A stretch of DNA of 63,659 bases, counting the filler, from Octopus bimaculoides (lineage: Eukaryota): the NCBI RefSeq assembly GCF_001194135.2. It is 8 parts of 8 records of this genome, joined end to end, with 100 filler letters (N's around TTAATTAATTAA, not from the genome) between each part and the next. Parts side by side here need not be neighbours in the genome. Positions count along the whole stretch, not along the records: positions 9,820 to 18,412 come from NC_068983.1; positions 18,513 to 28,934 come from NW_026340348.1; 6 more parts are not named here. One strand, written 5' to 3'. The notes under the pieces are model-generated. The model did not search any database. It saw nothing but the letters and a program-made list of their open reading frames with translations, and had not been told where the DNA came from. The translations under genes were made by a program, and so were the position numbers. Below, one piece after another: positions 11,925-25,073 of this stretch. Positions within the stretch are counted from its first letter, which is position 1; the number at the start of each line of letters is the position of its first letter.

Positions 11925-12545
11925 AAGACTAAATGGTATTAGAATATCCTTCATCGCAGGACTGCTTGATGAGAGCAAAGCCTAGCCTGAACTACAACCT
12001 CATAAAAAAGAAAACAACTGCAAGGATATTTTCTTGTCAATGCATATATGCATAAATCTAAGGCAAAGACCACAACACCACATAAAAGCAGGTTTTCCAT
12101 AAACTCAGCATTGTTTATTATAGTTATAATCGATGCAGCACTGATTAATTAATATGATTGTTTCGCGTGTTAGATTCCTTACAAAAACATTTGTCAAATC
12201 CACTCGATCTCCAAGACTAACTTATGTGTAAAAAAAACAAAAAAAAAACAACTGAAGCTATTGAATGTTTGAGTCGATAGGGAAGTCTCAAAGCTGTGAA
12301 ACGACCCAGAAGTATTTTTAATGGAAATCTACCCTCTTAAAATATGATGCAAGAACGCATTAGATAATGTAAGCCTAGATATATTATGGACAAATAAAAG
12401 GCGATGAGCGTCTGAACGTCTTCGTTAATAGGTTTCGGAGATCAGAGCTGAACTGGGATTAAACAATAACGACTACGGTAAAGGCAAATGTAACAGCAAC
12501 AAAAACAAAGATGAAATGTTTTCGTTTTCAATATTTTCGCGCTGG

Positions 12546-13428
12546 AAGGCGGCGTACTGGCAGAAAAGCTAGCACACCGGGCGAAATGCTTGGCGGTATT
12601 TCGTCTGCCGTTACGTTCTGAGTTCAAATTCCGCCGAGGTCGACTTTGCCTTTTATCCTTTTTGGGGGGTCGATAAATTAAGTACCAGTTGTGTACTGGG
12701 ATCGATTTAATCGACTGTCCCCGCTCCCCCAAAATTTCGGGCCTTGTGCCTAGAGTAGAAAAGAATATTTTCGCGCTGGTAAAGGTCGCGAGTTGGCAGA
12801 AACGTTAGCACGCCGGGCGAAATGCTTAGCGGTATTTCGTCTGCTGCTACATTCCGAGTTCAAATTCCGCCGAGGTCGACTTTGCCTTTCACCACTTCGG
12901 GCTCGATTAAATAAGTACCAGTTATGCACTGAGTTCGATGTAATCGACTTAATCCATTTGTCTGTCTTTGTTTGTCCCCCCTATGTTTAGCCCCTTGTGG
13001 ACAATAAGGAAATAAATATTTTCGCGCTGAAAGTTGGTGAGCTGGTAGAATCGTTAGCACGCCGGTCGAAATACTTAGTATCATTTCGTGCGTCCTTACC
13101 ATCTGAGTAAAAAACCACCGAGTCGACTTGGCTTTTCATACTTTCGGCGTCGATAAACTAAGTACTAGTTGAGCACCGCGGTCAATGTAATCGACTAACC
13201 CCCGTCCTGTCGAAATTTTTGGCCTAAAATGTGAAACCAATATTTTCGAGCTTGCAGAATCAGTACCGTGCCAGAGAAAATACTTTGTCCGTCTTTCTGT
13301 TCTGAGTTCAAATGGCGCCAGGGATTTATCAGGGCCGATAAAATAAGTAACACTTGAGCACTGGGATCCAGGTGATCGACTTATCCTCTCCATCGAAATT
13401 GCTGCTCTTTCGCCAAAATTTTAAGGCC
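12546..13428 (+). mobile_element. Four tandem tRNA-derived SINEs (family A): 12546-12763, 12780-13014, 13030-13238, 13253-13428
   Basis: Each has a GGCGGCGAGCTGGCAGAA-type A-box head and/or a GAGTTCAAATTC B box; copies are separated by AATATTTTCGCGCTG-like spacers. Confidence 0.9.
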
Positions 13429-14344
13429 AATATTTTCAAAATATTAACAAAATTTTGCATAACACGATTTTCCATTTGCAATAAATCATCCGTCACTAAT
13501 GTTTATCGTTCTTGTTTAAATATGGTACACATTCTATCGGAAAACTGCTAAGTAACGGGACGTAAACACACGAACGCCGTTTGTAAAGGGAGAAACAAAT
13601 ACAAACACTCGCATACAAATACAAACACACACATATATTTGTNNNNNNNNNNNNNNNNNNNNNNNNNNNNNNNNNNNNNNNNNNNNNNNNNNNNNNNNNN
13701 NNNNNNNNNNNNNNNNNNNACACACACACACACACACACACAGACACACACACACACACACACCCACACACAAACACACACACATATATATATACAACAA
13801 GCTTCCATATAGTTTGTATACGGTTACCAAATCCATTCATGAGGTTTCGTCGGACCCGTTCTACATTAGAAGACCCTTGCCCAAATTGTCATGCAGAGGG
13901 CCTGAACTCGGAACCATGTGGTTGGAATACAAACGCCTTACCACATAGTCACGCCGGCGCCTACATGTACGAAATGCAATGTTTCCTATCCATTGTAAAT
14001 GGTTGCTACGATTTTCTCTTCACAACTAGTTGTTCCCTTATGAATACATAAAGCAAGTTCTTCTGTATACATGTCATGTGAGAATTGAATTAAATCTTCT
14101 GCGATTAAAATGTGATATTTTAGAATTCATTCAGACTATTCTAAATGTCCTGAATTGTTGATTTGAACTATGGAAATTCAACTATTTAACAATTCATTAA
14201 ATGCTGGAATGTATGTCACATATCGTAGGATATATTCTGAAACCAGTTTCGGCGGCACAGGTAATGAATGAATGTATAAGCAGGTATGTTTGAGAAAATA
14301 CAGACGTACACACACACACAAAATCATACACAAACACACACACA

Positions 14345-14530
14345 CATTTTCTTTTATCTTTTTCTTTGTTTCAGTAAGTCAACTGCAGCTATGTTGGACC
14401 ATCGCCTTGAAGGGTTTTAGCTGAACAAATCGACACCTTCACTTTTTTATTGAGCCTAGTACTTATTTTATCAGTCTCTTTTGCCGAACCGATAATTTAG
14501 GAACAAAGACACACGCGCGCGCGCGCGCAC

Positions 14531-14587
<57 letters not shown>

Positions 14588-14725
14588 CGACAAGCACCTT
14601 TCAGGTTCCGTCCACCAGATCTACTTACAAGGCTTTGTAGTAGAAAACGCCCAAGGTGCCACGCAATGGGACTGAACTCGGAACAATGTAGTTGGGAAGC
14701 AAGCTTCTTACCACAGAGCGAAGCC
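14345..14725 (-). mobile_element. SINE family B, minus strand, with internal (CA)n
   Basis: Reverse complement of the 58695-58971 type; further pieces at 13800-13960, 22130-22460, 40340-40455 and 57630-57740. Confidence 0.75.
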
Positions 14726-14739
14726 TGTATAACTTTTAT

Positions 14740-15030
14740 ATCTCACATTGATTTTTAACCAAAAGCTTGAGTTGTGCTGAATCATCGCCTTTAAGTGTGT
14801 TGGGTCTTCTTTCTGTACTGGATTTGGTGAAGAAGCGAGTTGGACGGAGCCGCACTTCTTTTGTTCCTTGCTGCGATATGGAATCATCTTCGAATTCAGA
14901 TAGAGATCCCGGAACAGTTGTGGTCTCCTGAAACCCAAGCTGTTGCAGTATTGAGCTCGTAACCATCCAGGATTTTCCAGGTGTAAATCACTACATATTT
15001 TTGTCGCCTTCTCTCTAGGTTGTAGATCTT
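14740..15030 (-). mobile_element. CR1-like LINE 3' end, internally deleted
   Basis: IYNLERRRQKYVVIYTWKILDG and YCNSLGFRRPQLF parallel the 3' end of the 32518-34690 element (IYVCKILKG; YCSSLRFKGPQLF). Confidence 0.7.
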
Positions 15031-15093
15031 AATATTTGCATGTATGTATACATGAAGTATGATTGTATATTGTTGCATGTCTGTATCTGTGTT

Positions 15094-15127
<34 letters not shown>

Positions 15128-15374
15128 TGTATTATGTATGTATGTATGTATATATATATATATATATATANNNNNNNNNNNNNNNNNNNNNNNNNNNNNN
15201 NNNNNNNNNNNNNNNNNNNNNNNNNNNNNNNNNNNNNNNNNNNNNNNNNNNNNNNNNNNNNNNNNNNNNNNNNNNNNNNNNNNNNTAAGAAGTATAAAGA
15301 TCACAAATAATAATAATCCTTATACATCTTAATTCCACCTCAAATCATCTGTATGTGTGTATATATCTTTGGGG

Positions 15375-15910
15375 CACCTATTTTCCAAGTTTAGGAACAT
15401 TTCCAAGTTGTTGAAGATGACGATGAACAGTTGTATGGTTTGAACTAAGCTTTATTGCCAATTCTTCAACTGATAGTGCAGGATTTTCTTCAAGTAATGC
15501 CTCAAGAAGCTTATCATCAAACTCAACAGGACGTCCTGTTCGATCTTCATCTTCAAGGCTGAAATCTCCACTTCTGAATTTTGCAAACCATCTTCTGCAA
15601 GGTTTTTCATTCAAGCATTCTTTCCCATAAACTGAGTGTATGTTTCGAGTTGTTTCAGCTGCAGAGTTTCCTTTTTTGTACTCATAAAACATTAAGTGCC
15701 TCAAATGCTCTTTGGATACTTCCTTGTTAGAAAGGGCTTTAATAAAAGAAATTATAATTCTATTATTCTGTAAAATAATATTTTATTATTTTAAATGTAC
15801 ACAAATGCATAAAAACAATTTTTAATTTCATGAGACATTCTAAAATACTATTAAATTTCATTCAATTTTAAAAAAAGGTAAAATCGGACAGAACTTATGA
15901 GATGACCTGA
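15375..15910 (-). mobile_element. Mariner transposon 5' fragment (HTH domain plus TIR)
   Basis: ORF 15378-15704: RHLMFYEYKKGNSAAETTRNIHSVYG...RRWFAKFRSGDFSLEDEDRTGRP...KLGK, truncated before the WVPHEL motif. End reads TA|TCAGGTCATCTCATAAGTTCTGTCCG. Confidence 0.9.
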
Positions 15911-16012
15911 TACATAAAAAGAGCCATTACATTAATACTTAGTGTGCATTTTCTTCTTTTCTTTCCGCCTATGTATGTCACGTGTAATCTTTTCTTTGAA
16001 ACCTGTTTCTAT

Positions 16013-16071
<59 letters not shown>

Positions 16072-16249
16072 ATAATAATCACGATCGAGCTTAGTGCAGA
16101 CAGAGCTCTATCCTTTCGTAATTAAGTTCTCAGCGATGTTAGCTCGATTTTCGTTGCACTGTAGGCCATTTTGAGCAAGTATTTTCCACTAGGTTTTACC
16201 ATTTCATTATATAGGAAATTGTGAGACGAATGTATCACACAGGAACTCC

Positions 16250-16252
16250 TCG

Positions 16253-16295
<43 letters not shown>

Positions 16296-16305
16296 NNNNN
16301 NNNNN

Positions 16306-16350
<45 letters not shown>

Positions 16351-16470
16351 GTGTCTGTCTGTCCGTCCGTCCGTTCGTTCGTCCAGCCATCCACCCTCCG
16401 TCTATCTATCTGGATGTTTGTCTATGTCCCTATTTATCCTTCTGTCTCTCTGTCTGCCTGTCTGTCTGTG
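16250..16470. repeat. (TCTA)n/(TCTG)n/(TCCG)n compound microsatellite
   Basis: Read directly. Confidence 0.9.
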
Positions 16471-16773
16471 TACCTATCTATCCTTCTCTATGTGTGCGTG
16501 TGTGTGTGTATTCGCATGCTGGCGCGCGTGTGTATGAGTATGGTATGTCTCTACGTCTGTCTTGACGGTGACACTTGCTGTGAAACCGGACTCTTTTCTT
16601 TATGTCCTGCAGCGTGAGGTGCGCCATGCAAATTTCAGTAAGGTACGTACCAGACCTAAAAATAAGTTTCGGGGACGATATGCCCTACTAACGTTTTTCA
16701 AAGCGGACCCAAGCGTGGGTCAGTCAAATGTCTAAAAAGAGTAAAGAGCCAAAGAGTATACATATACACACAC

Positions 16774-16807
<34 letters not shown>

Positions 16808-17458
16808 NNNNNNNNNNNNNNNNNNNNNNNNNNNNNNNNNNNNNNNNNNNNNNNNNNNNNNNNNNNNNNNNNNNNNNNNNNNNNNNNNNNNNNNNNNNNN
16901 NNNNNNNNNNNNNNNNNNNNNNNNNNNNNNNNNNNNNNNNNNNNNNNNNNNNNNNNNNNNNNNNNNNNNNNNNNNNNNNNNNNNNNNNNNNNNNNNNNNN
17001 NNNNNNNNNNNNNNNNNNNNNNNNNNNNNNNNNNNNNNNNNNNNNNNNNNNNNNNNNNNNNNNNNNNNNNNNNNNNNNNNNNNNNNNNNNNNNNNNNNNN
17101 NNNNNNNNNNNNNNNNNNNNNNNNNNNNNNNNNNNNNNNNNNNNNNNNNNNNNNNNNNNNNNNNNNNNNNNNNNNNNNNNNNNNNNNNNNNNNNNNNNNN
17201 NNNNNNNNNNNNNNNNNNNNNNNNNNNNNNNNNNNNNNNNNNNNNNNNNNNNNNNNNNNNNNNNNNNNNNNNNNNNNNNNNNNNNNNNNNNNNNNNNNNN
17301 NNNNNNNNNNNNNNNNNNNNNNNNNNNNNNNNNNNNNNNNNNNNNNNNNNNNNNNNNNNNNNNNNNNNNNNNNNNNNNNNNNNNNNNNNNNNNNNNNNNN
17401 NNNNNNNNNNNNNNNNNNNNNNNNNNNNNNNNNNNNNNNNNNNNNNNNNNNNNNNNNN

Positions 17459-17491
<33 letters not shown>

Positions 17492-18380
17492 TTCTATCTA
17501 TTTATCTATCTGTCTGTCTATCTGTATGTATGTATGTACGTATGTATGCATGTATATATGCATATGTATATGTATGTACGCATGCCTGTATATATTGTAT
17601 GTATTTATGTATATATGTATGTACGTAACTGCGTAAAGAATTGTATGAAATGGAATGTTTTTCTCGATTTTTTTACTGCAGAAAAGACAAAAGCAATTCG
17701 TTGTGGGACACTTCCAAGAATGTTTCCAGAAATGTTGAAAAGCAAGAAGAGCGTATTTCTTGACAGTTGAAGTTATCCAGATTAGAATCTGATCTACTGA
17801 TAGAATGGATTCTTTGTATTAGTGTTGTACTTGTATATATATTGCTAGTGCCACTGGTATATTTCGTTTAATGAAAGGGTTGAAAACGAAATATGAAGGA
17901 AACATTTCTACCATACCTCTCTGTCATCTAGGGAAATTAAGGCAACGTAATACAAAACGTATACATTTCTGCATTAGAAATAATTCCCCCACTCCCGCTC
18001 TTTATCTCTCTTTCCTAGAGATATTACAGTTACACTATGTAGACTAACTCAAGAAAATATATGCAGAAATATGTATACCTACGTAGATACATTCATGCAT
18101 ACATACATACATACACACACATACATACACACACATACATTCANNNNNNNNNNAATATATGTAGGGATGCATGCATGTGCGTATGTAGATATTGGTTACA
18201 CGTGTGCTTCACATTACGAGTCTCAACTCATCAAAAAACGATATATTTTCCACCCTGACAGTGTTGCGTAAATAATTAAATATTAATTCGAGGTATGGTA
18301 AGAATGTCTACATGGAGGAAATAGAACGGAATACATCATAAAATCATATATACGTATATGCGTGTTTGTGTGTATGCATC

Positions 18381-18412
<32 letters not shown>

Positions 18413-18512
18413 NNNNNNNNNNNNNNNNNNNNNNNNNNNNNNNNNNNNNNNNNNNNTTAATTAATTAANNNNNNNNNNNNNNNNNNNNNNNNNNNNNNNN
18501 NNNNNNNNNNNN
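18413..18512. other. Artificial scaffold spacer
   Basis: 44N-TTAATTAATTAA-44N. Confidence 0.95.
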
Positions 18513-18559
<47 letters not shown>

Positions 18560-21083
18560 ATATTTATATATATATATATACACACACAAACACACGCACG
18601 CGTATACCGCAGTAGACACACCCCTCATCGAAACAAAGAAGACACAAGCTAATCAAACGTCTATAATACATAACATTTATTATTTCCCATAAAAACAGAG
18701 AAAGCTGGGTCCACATGTTAGTTTGACCATTGTGAATAAATACGTGACTAGAAGTATGTAAACGGTGTCAGACGAAAATAATTCTCCTTAGATACACAAT
18801 AATAAATCTTAAGAGTCCGTTGAAAATATATAATATAATAATAAGGCGGGTTTCAGTATTTCCGGTTCTTTCGACATCAGAAATATCCATGCAAGTGTTA
18901 CATAGTGAGAACAGAGAAAACAAACGAGGAATCAGCTAACGTTATTGTCGGATGCAGCCAGCAAGGGAGATAAGTCCAAACATATCAACCTATTAGCTGT
19001 CGTCTGCAGAAATGTAGTTTTCGTCCTTGTTTGCTTATTTCTGAGCTATAAAATATTGTGAATTATCGAATATAACTTTTTAATTCTTAAAAGTTTGCAA
19101 TTAGCAGACTTTTATAATTAAATTACAATTTTTTTTTTGTTTTTAGATTTGGTTACTTTTACATTTAATTACTGCAATTTACATTTTATTTCCCAAAAAA
19201 TAAAATAAAATTTGACAAAGTAATTAAATGAATGATAAATGAATTGAAACTAATTATTATCTATCCATTCAGCAAATAGTTTTTGTTAGTTTCTGCCTCA
19301 AAAACTCATCAATTTAAGATAAAGATACCCTGGTTGTCCCATGCTACTTTCATAACCTTCTTTCACATACATTTACAGGTTTTCGGTCACTGACTGTATA
19401 ACAAATGCATGAATTTGAAAAAAAGAAAAAAAACATGAAATTTGAAAAGTGGATTAAACAGGGAACACAATTGAAAAATTACAAAACAAACGTCACTCAA
19501 TGTTTTAGTTTCATTTGTATAAAGTAACTTTGTGCTGGGCCACAAAGATTATACCTTTCCTGACGACAAGGAAGGTGCTGATATGTTCAGAATTATCTTG
19601 CTTGGACAGAGAATAATGACAGCTAACTTTAGATATATTTCTTGACCACCCTATAAAAGGCCTACAAAGGTTATTTTTTATACTGAAAACTTTGGAAATA
19701 ATTAACGCTCCCACATTTTTATGATATAAATATGCAACCAGCATCATTTCATGACTAAATTATCAATTAATGCAGAACAGATATGTGTGTGTATATGTAC
19801 GGAGTCTTTTCTTCTTCATCATTTAGCATCTGTTTCCTCCACAGATGTGGTTAGACTGGTCGTTACAGCCTGGGTCAGTTCTTATTTGAAATTACTACCA
19901 CCATAATCAGGTCAGAGGACTGCATCATGGCCATGTTTCATTATGGACATAGGAAGAACACCCAGCTTTAGAAACTAGCACCACCATTTGATAGAATCTA
20001 TTGGGTACATTGTATCAAAGGGCCAGTTCTAAAGAGTTTGTTGTATCCTCAAGAATTCTCTGTGTTCTCTAAATAACAGACTCTTTAGATATGTCAAGGT
20101 CATGACCTCTCTCTCTCTTTGTGTGTGTGTGTGTGTGTATGCATCTATTACATATGTGTGTTTGTATCAAGTATATATGCATGCATGTGTGTATGTATAT
20201 ATATATATATGCTTGTACATATGTTTGTATTCAACTGTGTTTCGATGGCAGAATTTCACTCATATCTTCAACCTTTTTATAGCATGGACTAAGAGCATTA
20301 TATTAAGCAAGTGGCTGTGTGGCACTCATCCATGGTAGAACTAAAAGCTTCCTTCTACTTTGTAGTTTTTGTTCTCCATTGTATAGGAAGGAAGTTTCGT
20401 CAGGAAGAGATTCACAGAATTAGTGAAAGGAATAATGGTCATCTCTGTCTTCTTCATCAAGTAAACATGACTAAAGGCTTTCCAAACATAACCATCCCAT
20501 CTTTTTCAGAATATCTGTGCATCATCTAATGACTTCTTTGTTGTTTAAAAAGGTAGTGTGATTTGAAAAAGATTTGGCTGCTATTTCTATTTGGTAAAGT
20601 TAAAGATAATTGAACAGCTCCTAGCACTTCAACATTTTTATGAGCATCATCAACATAATCGTTTTAACGTCCACTTTTCCATGCTGGCATGGGTCAGACG
20701 AAATTTTCTGAGGAAGATTTTCTATGGCCAGATGCCCTTCCTGTTGTCAATCCTCACCTGTTTCCAGGTAAGACATTTCTTTAAGGCCAGGAACAATGGT
20801 GCTCAGTTACAACCATAATATGATGGGCACAAGACAAGGGCACACACACACACACACACATACACAAAGATGATATGACAAACTTTTTCCAGTTTCTTTT
20901 GAGCAAAACTATTCACAAGGCTCTGGTTGGCCTTGTGAATATAGTAAAAGACTCTTGTCCAATGTACTGAACAGTGGGACTGTATGACACATTGGGCATA
21001 TTGAAACTATGAAATACTTTGGCTGTTTTAAAAATAATCTTGAAAATAAGATTAAACAATATGATCAATATTGGCAAAATTTG

Positions 21084-21537
21084 AAGGCGGTGAGCTGGCA
21101 GAAATGTTAGCACGTTGGGTGAAATGCTTAGCTGTCTGTCTTTATGTTCTGGGTTCAAATTCTACCAAGGTCAACTTTGCCTTTCATTCTTTCGGGGTTG
21201 ATAAATTAAATACCAGTCACATACTGGGGCTAATCTAATTGACTGCCCTCCCTCCCGCCAAATTTCAGGTCTTGTGCCTAGAGCAGAAAAGAATATTAAT
21301 CAAGTAAAGGGTGGCGAGCTGGCAGAATCGTTAGTACGCCAGGCAAAATGCTTAGTGATATTTCGTCTGCCTTTACATTCTGAGTTCAAATTCCGCCGAG
21401 ATCGACTTTTGCCTTTCATCCTTTTGAGGGTCAATAAATTAAGTACCAGTTGCATACTGGCGTCGATCTAACTGACTGGCCTCCTCCTCAAAAAAAATTT
21501 TCAGGCCTTGTGCGTATGCGTAGAGTAGAAAGAATAA
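21084..21537 (+). mobile_element. Two tandem family A SINEs
   Basis: Heads at 21084 and 21307 with A and B boxes. Confidence 0.85.
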
Positions 21538-22870
21538 TTTGGTTACAAAACATCAACAAATAAGAATAGATAAAAGCAGGAAAACATTTAGTCCAGCCTG
21601 CTAGTATGCTGCCGTATTGTTAACTTTATTAAAACCAAATGGATAAGTAAATAGTGTCAGATAAATAAAGTAAGATTGATAAAAATAATAATGAATTGAT
21701 AAATTGGTAACAGGTAGGAGTTATGATTATGGAAGATTTCATTTAATAGTAGAGAAGAACCAATCTTAAAGTATGTCATTTAGAAGAAAGCAATTTACAA
21801 TGAGTGCCTTATCAGCTGATAATATGACAGGTTTGTTTAAATAAGCAGATCTTGAAACAAGACAAAGAAAGTAAGGGAAGGGGTACTTCAACATGAACAA
21901 GAGACCTGCTTGAAATAACAGCAAAATGTTCCTCATCTCAACACACACACATATATATATATTTAGAAGGTTGTTTGTTATGGCCAGTTAAAGAGAGATC
22001 ATTGGTTTTACCTCTTTAAAGAGTTTAACTGTTAAGTAACTCATCAGACTCAAATAACCAGAGGCACTTGACCTCTCCAAAACTGGACCTGTATAAATCT
22101 ATAATAGCAGGGGTCAAGCAAAACCTTGGGTCAAGCAAAGCCTTGCAAGTGGATTTGGTAAGCAGAAAGTGAAAAAAAAGTCTGTCATACATGTATGTGT
22201 GTGCATGTGTAAGTATGTTTGTGTGTGGGAATGAGGTGCATCTTTGTGTCTGTGTTTGACCCCCCACCCCCACCACCACCATCTGACAACTGGTGTTGGT
22301 GTGTCTATGTCACCGTAACTTAGCAGTTTGGCAAAAGGAACTGAGAGAATAAATACCAGACTTAACCGAAAACAGAAGTACAGGAGTCATTTCATTCAGC
22401 TAAATATTATCCAAGGTGGTGCACCAGCATGGCCACAGTCTGGACAGAAGATAAAAGATAGATAGAAAATCTAACATTCAGATGAAGTGCAATGTTTTGT
22501 TAACGGACAAAAGAAACTGATTTCTGCATAATGAGTAATTTGGTTTTTGTCTTAAATGTTTACCTTATTAACAATTAAAACCATTAATTGCATCTCTTAA
22601 TGCAGCATTTAGGCACTTAAAGTGGACAGTGTGCAACATGCAAAAGCAGCAGGAAGAGAAAACACAATGATCTACGGAAGCCAAGCTTTATCTTTTACTT
22701 GTTTTGGTCAGTGAATTGAGGCCATGCTGGGGCACAGCCTTGAAGAGTTTACTTGATCAAATTGACCCCAGTAATTATTCGATTGGTCTGTTTTGCTGAA
22801 ACCTCTCAGTTATGGGGATATAAACTAATAATGGGTGTCAAAGGGAGGGGGACAAACACAAACCTAAGGG

Positions 22871-22921
<51 letters not shown>

Positions 22922-23332
22922 CTCTGTGCCTAGCCAGCAAGATGGCACCATTCAAAAGCTAAAACGATGCAAGGAAGTGCATTGTGATCAGCAGTGTGTA
23001 ACAACATCCGATAGTCTGGTCAATGCACTCACAAGGCATTAGTCAGCCCAGTGTTATTATAGAAGACACTCACCCAAGGTTCCACAGAGTCATACAATGG
23101 GATTGAACATGAAACCACATGCTTACAAAGTAAGCTTCTTAACCGCATAATCAATGATATAAAATCAATGATATAAAATCAATGATATGAATAATATATT
23201 TTGAGGTAAACATGAAGACATAAAAGTACATCAACTAAACATAGAAACACAACTGGTGAGTTCTTTTCCCTTTTTCTCTTTCTTATTCCTTTCAGGTATT
23301 ATTGTCCAATGATTATTGTTCATAAACTTATA

Positions 23333-23368
<36 letters not shown>

Positions 23369-23373
<5 letters not shown>

Positions 23374-23727
23374 GAGCACTCAGAGAGTGAAAACCTCCAC
23401 CAAGGCAACACCAATGTCCTCTCAATGATTAGCCAGAGATGATTTTTAAAATGAGAATATCTGAAATAAACTTGATTGCTCTCACAAATGAGAATATTAA
23501 AAATGAACCTGGCCACTCTCAAAAATTAAGTAAAAAAAACAAAACAGGGAAAATAATCCAGAATCCTTGTCCAGTACCGGATCAATCTCAAAATCTAACC
23601 AGTTTGTGCCAAACATCTCTGAAAGTTTCATCCGAATCCATCCGGCAGTTCTTGAGATATGTTTTCCATGGACAACCAAACAAACAAACATGACTGTAAA
23701 CGATTCCTCTGCCTTCGCTATGGCAGG

Positions 23728-23732
<5 letters not shown>
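23369..23732 (+). mobile_element. Helentron-associated non-autonomous element (DINE-1/HINE-like)
   Basis: AACAAGAG start, 5' subterminal repeat ACCTCCACCAAGG, 3' hairpin CCTCTGCC-TTCGCTAT-GGCAGGGG; sits within (AAT)n. Confidence 0.6.
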
Positions 23733-23774
<42 letters not shown>

Positions 23775-24507
23775 GAATAATAATGCCACAGAACCACTAT
23801 TATTGGAAGTAAGAAGGTCAGGTTTTTGTAGGATGGAAGATTGCAAAGATAAAGTACTGTACAAGCACTTGAGAATGAATGAAACTGAAAATAGGTGGAT
23901 AAAGAAAAGAATGCATGGACAATTTCATGGGGATGTTGAAGATAAGACAGAAAGAGAAAAAAGATGGCGATGGATGACTAAAAGTGACTTAAAACCAAAA
24001 ACGGAGGCTCTAATCTGTGCTGCCCAAGAGCAAGCATTAAGAACAAACTACATTAAATACAGAATAGACAACATATCAGAAAGTGATAAGTGCAGAATTT
24101 GTGGACAAAATGCTGAAATCGTATGGCATATCACCAGTCAGTGTATGCCTCTAGCCCAGAAGGAATATAAGAGATGTCATGACAACATAGCAAGGATTGT
24201 CCATTGGACACTTTACAACAAATATGGATTTGACAGAGCAACAAAGTGGTATGAACTTAAGCCTGAAGGCATCATTGAAAATGATAATGCAAAGATCCTA
24301 TGGGATTTTATGATTCAGTGCGACCATGAGGTAGAGAATAGGAAGCCAGACATAGTGTTAATTGAGAAAGAAAGCAAACGATGCTGGATGATAGATATAG
24401 CATGCCCAGCTGACAACAAGGTATGTGATAAGGAAGAAAGAAAAGTTAATAGATATAACAGGTTAGCTTGAGGGGTTAAGCAGTTGTGGTCAACGAAAAT
24501 GGTGGTA
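23775..24507 (+). mobile_element. R4/Dong-like non-LTR retrotransposon C-terminus (CCHC finger plus restriction-like endonuclease)
   Basis: AAQEQALRTN; CRICGQNAEIVWHITSQC; HDNIARIVHW; RKPDIVLIEKESKRCWMIDIACP. 5'-truncated at an (AAT)n tract and runs into a gap. Confidence 0.85.
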
Positions 24508-25021
24508 NNNNNNNNNNNNNNNNNNNNNNNNNNNNNNNNNNNNNNNNNNNNNNNNNNNNNNNNNNNNNNNNNNNNNNNNNNNNNNNNNNNNNNNNNNNNN
24601 NNNNNNNNNNNNNNNNNNNNNNNNNNNNNNNNNNNNNNNNNNNNNNNNNNNNNNNNNNNNNNNNNNNNNNNNNNNNNNNNNNNNNNNNNNNNNNNNNNNN
24701 NNNNNNNNNNNNNNNNNNNNNNNNNNNNNNNNNNNNNNNNNNNNNNNNNNNNNNNNNNNNNNNNNNNNNNNNNNNNNNNNNNNNNNNNNNNNNNNNNNNN
24801 NNNNNNNNNNNNNNNNNNNNNNNNNNNNNNNNNNNNNNNNNNNNNNNNNNNNNNNNNNNNNNNNNNNNNNNNNNNNNNNNNNNNNNNNNNNNNNNNNNNN
24901 NNNNNNNNNNNNNNNNNNNNNNNNNNNNNNNNNNNNNNNNNNNNNNNNNNNNNNNNNNNNNNNGCTACTAAGCATTTTGCCCAGTGTGCTAATGACCTGA
25001 CAGCTTGCTGCCTTAATAATA

Positions 25022-25068
<47 letters not shown>

Positions 25069-25073
<5 letters not shown>

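Noticed and set aside
12530-13437. Regular repeat-spacer pattern as a CRISPR-like array, or SINE heads as tRNA genes
   Set aside because: The 'spacers' are homologous SINE copies in a eukaryotic context, and the heads have A/B boxes but no complete cloverleaf.
14736-14966. 76-codon ORF as a terminal exon of a host gene
   Set aside because: Other frames align with the CR1-like 3' end at 34330-34670, so it is LINE-derived.
17670-17775. Acceptor-like site followed by short open frames
   Set aside because: All frames stop within about 30 codons and nothing is recognisable; no supporting upstream exon.
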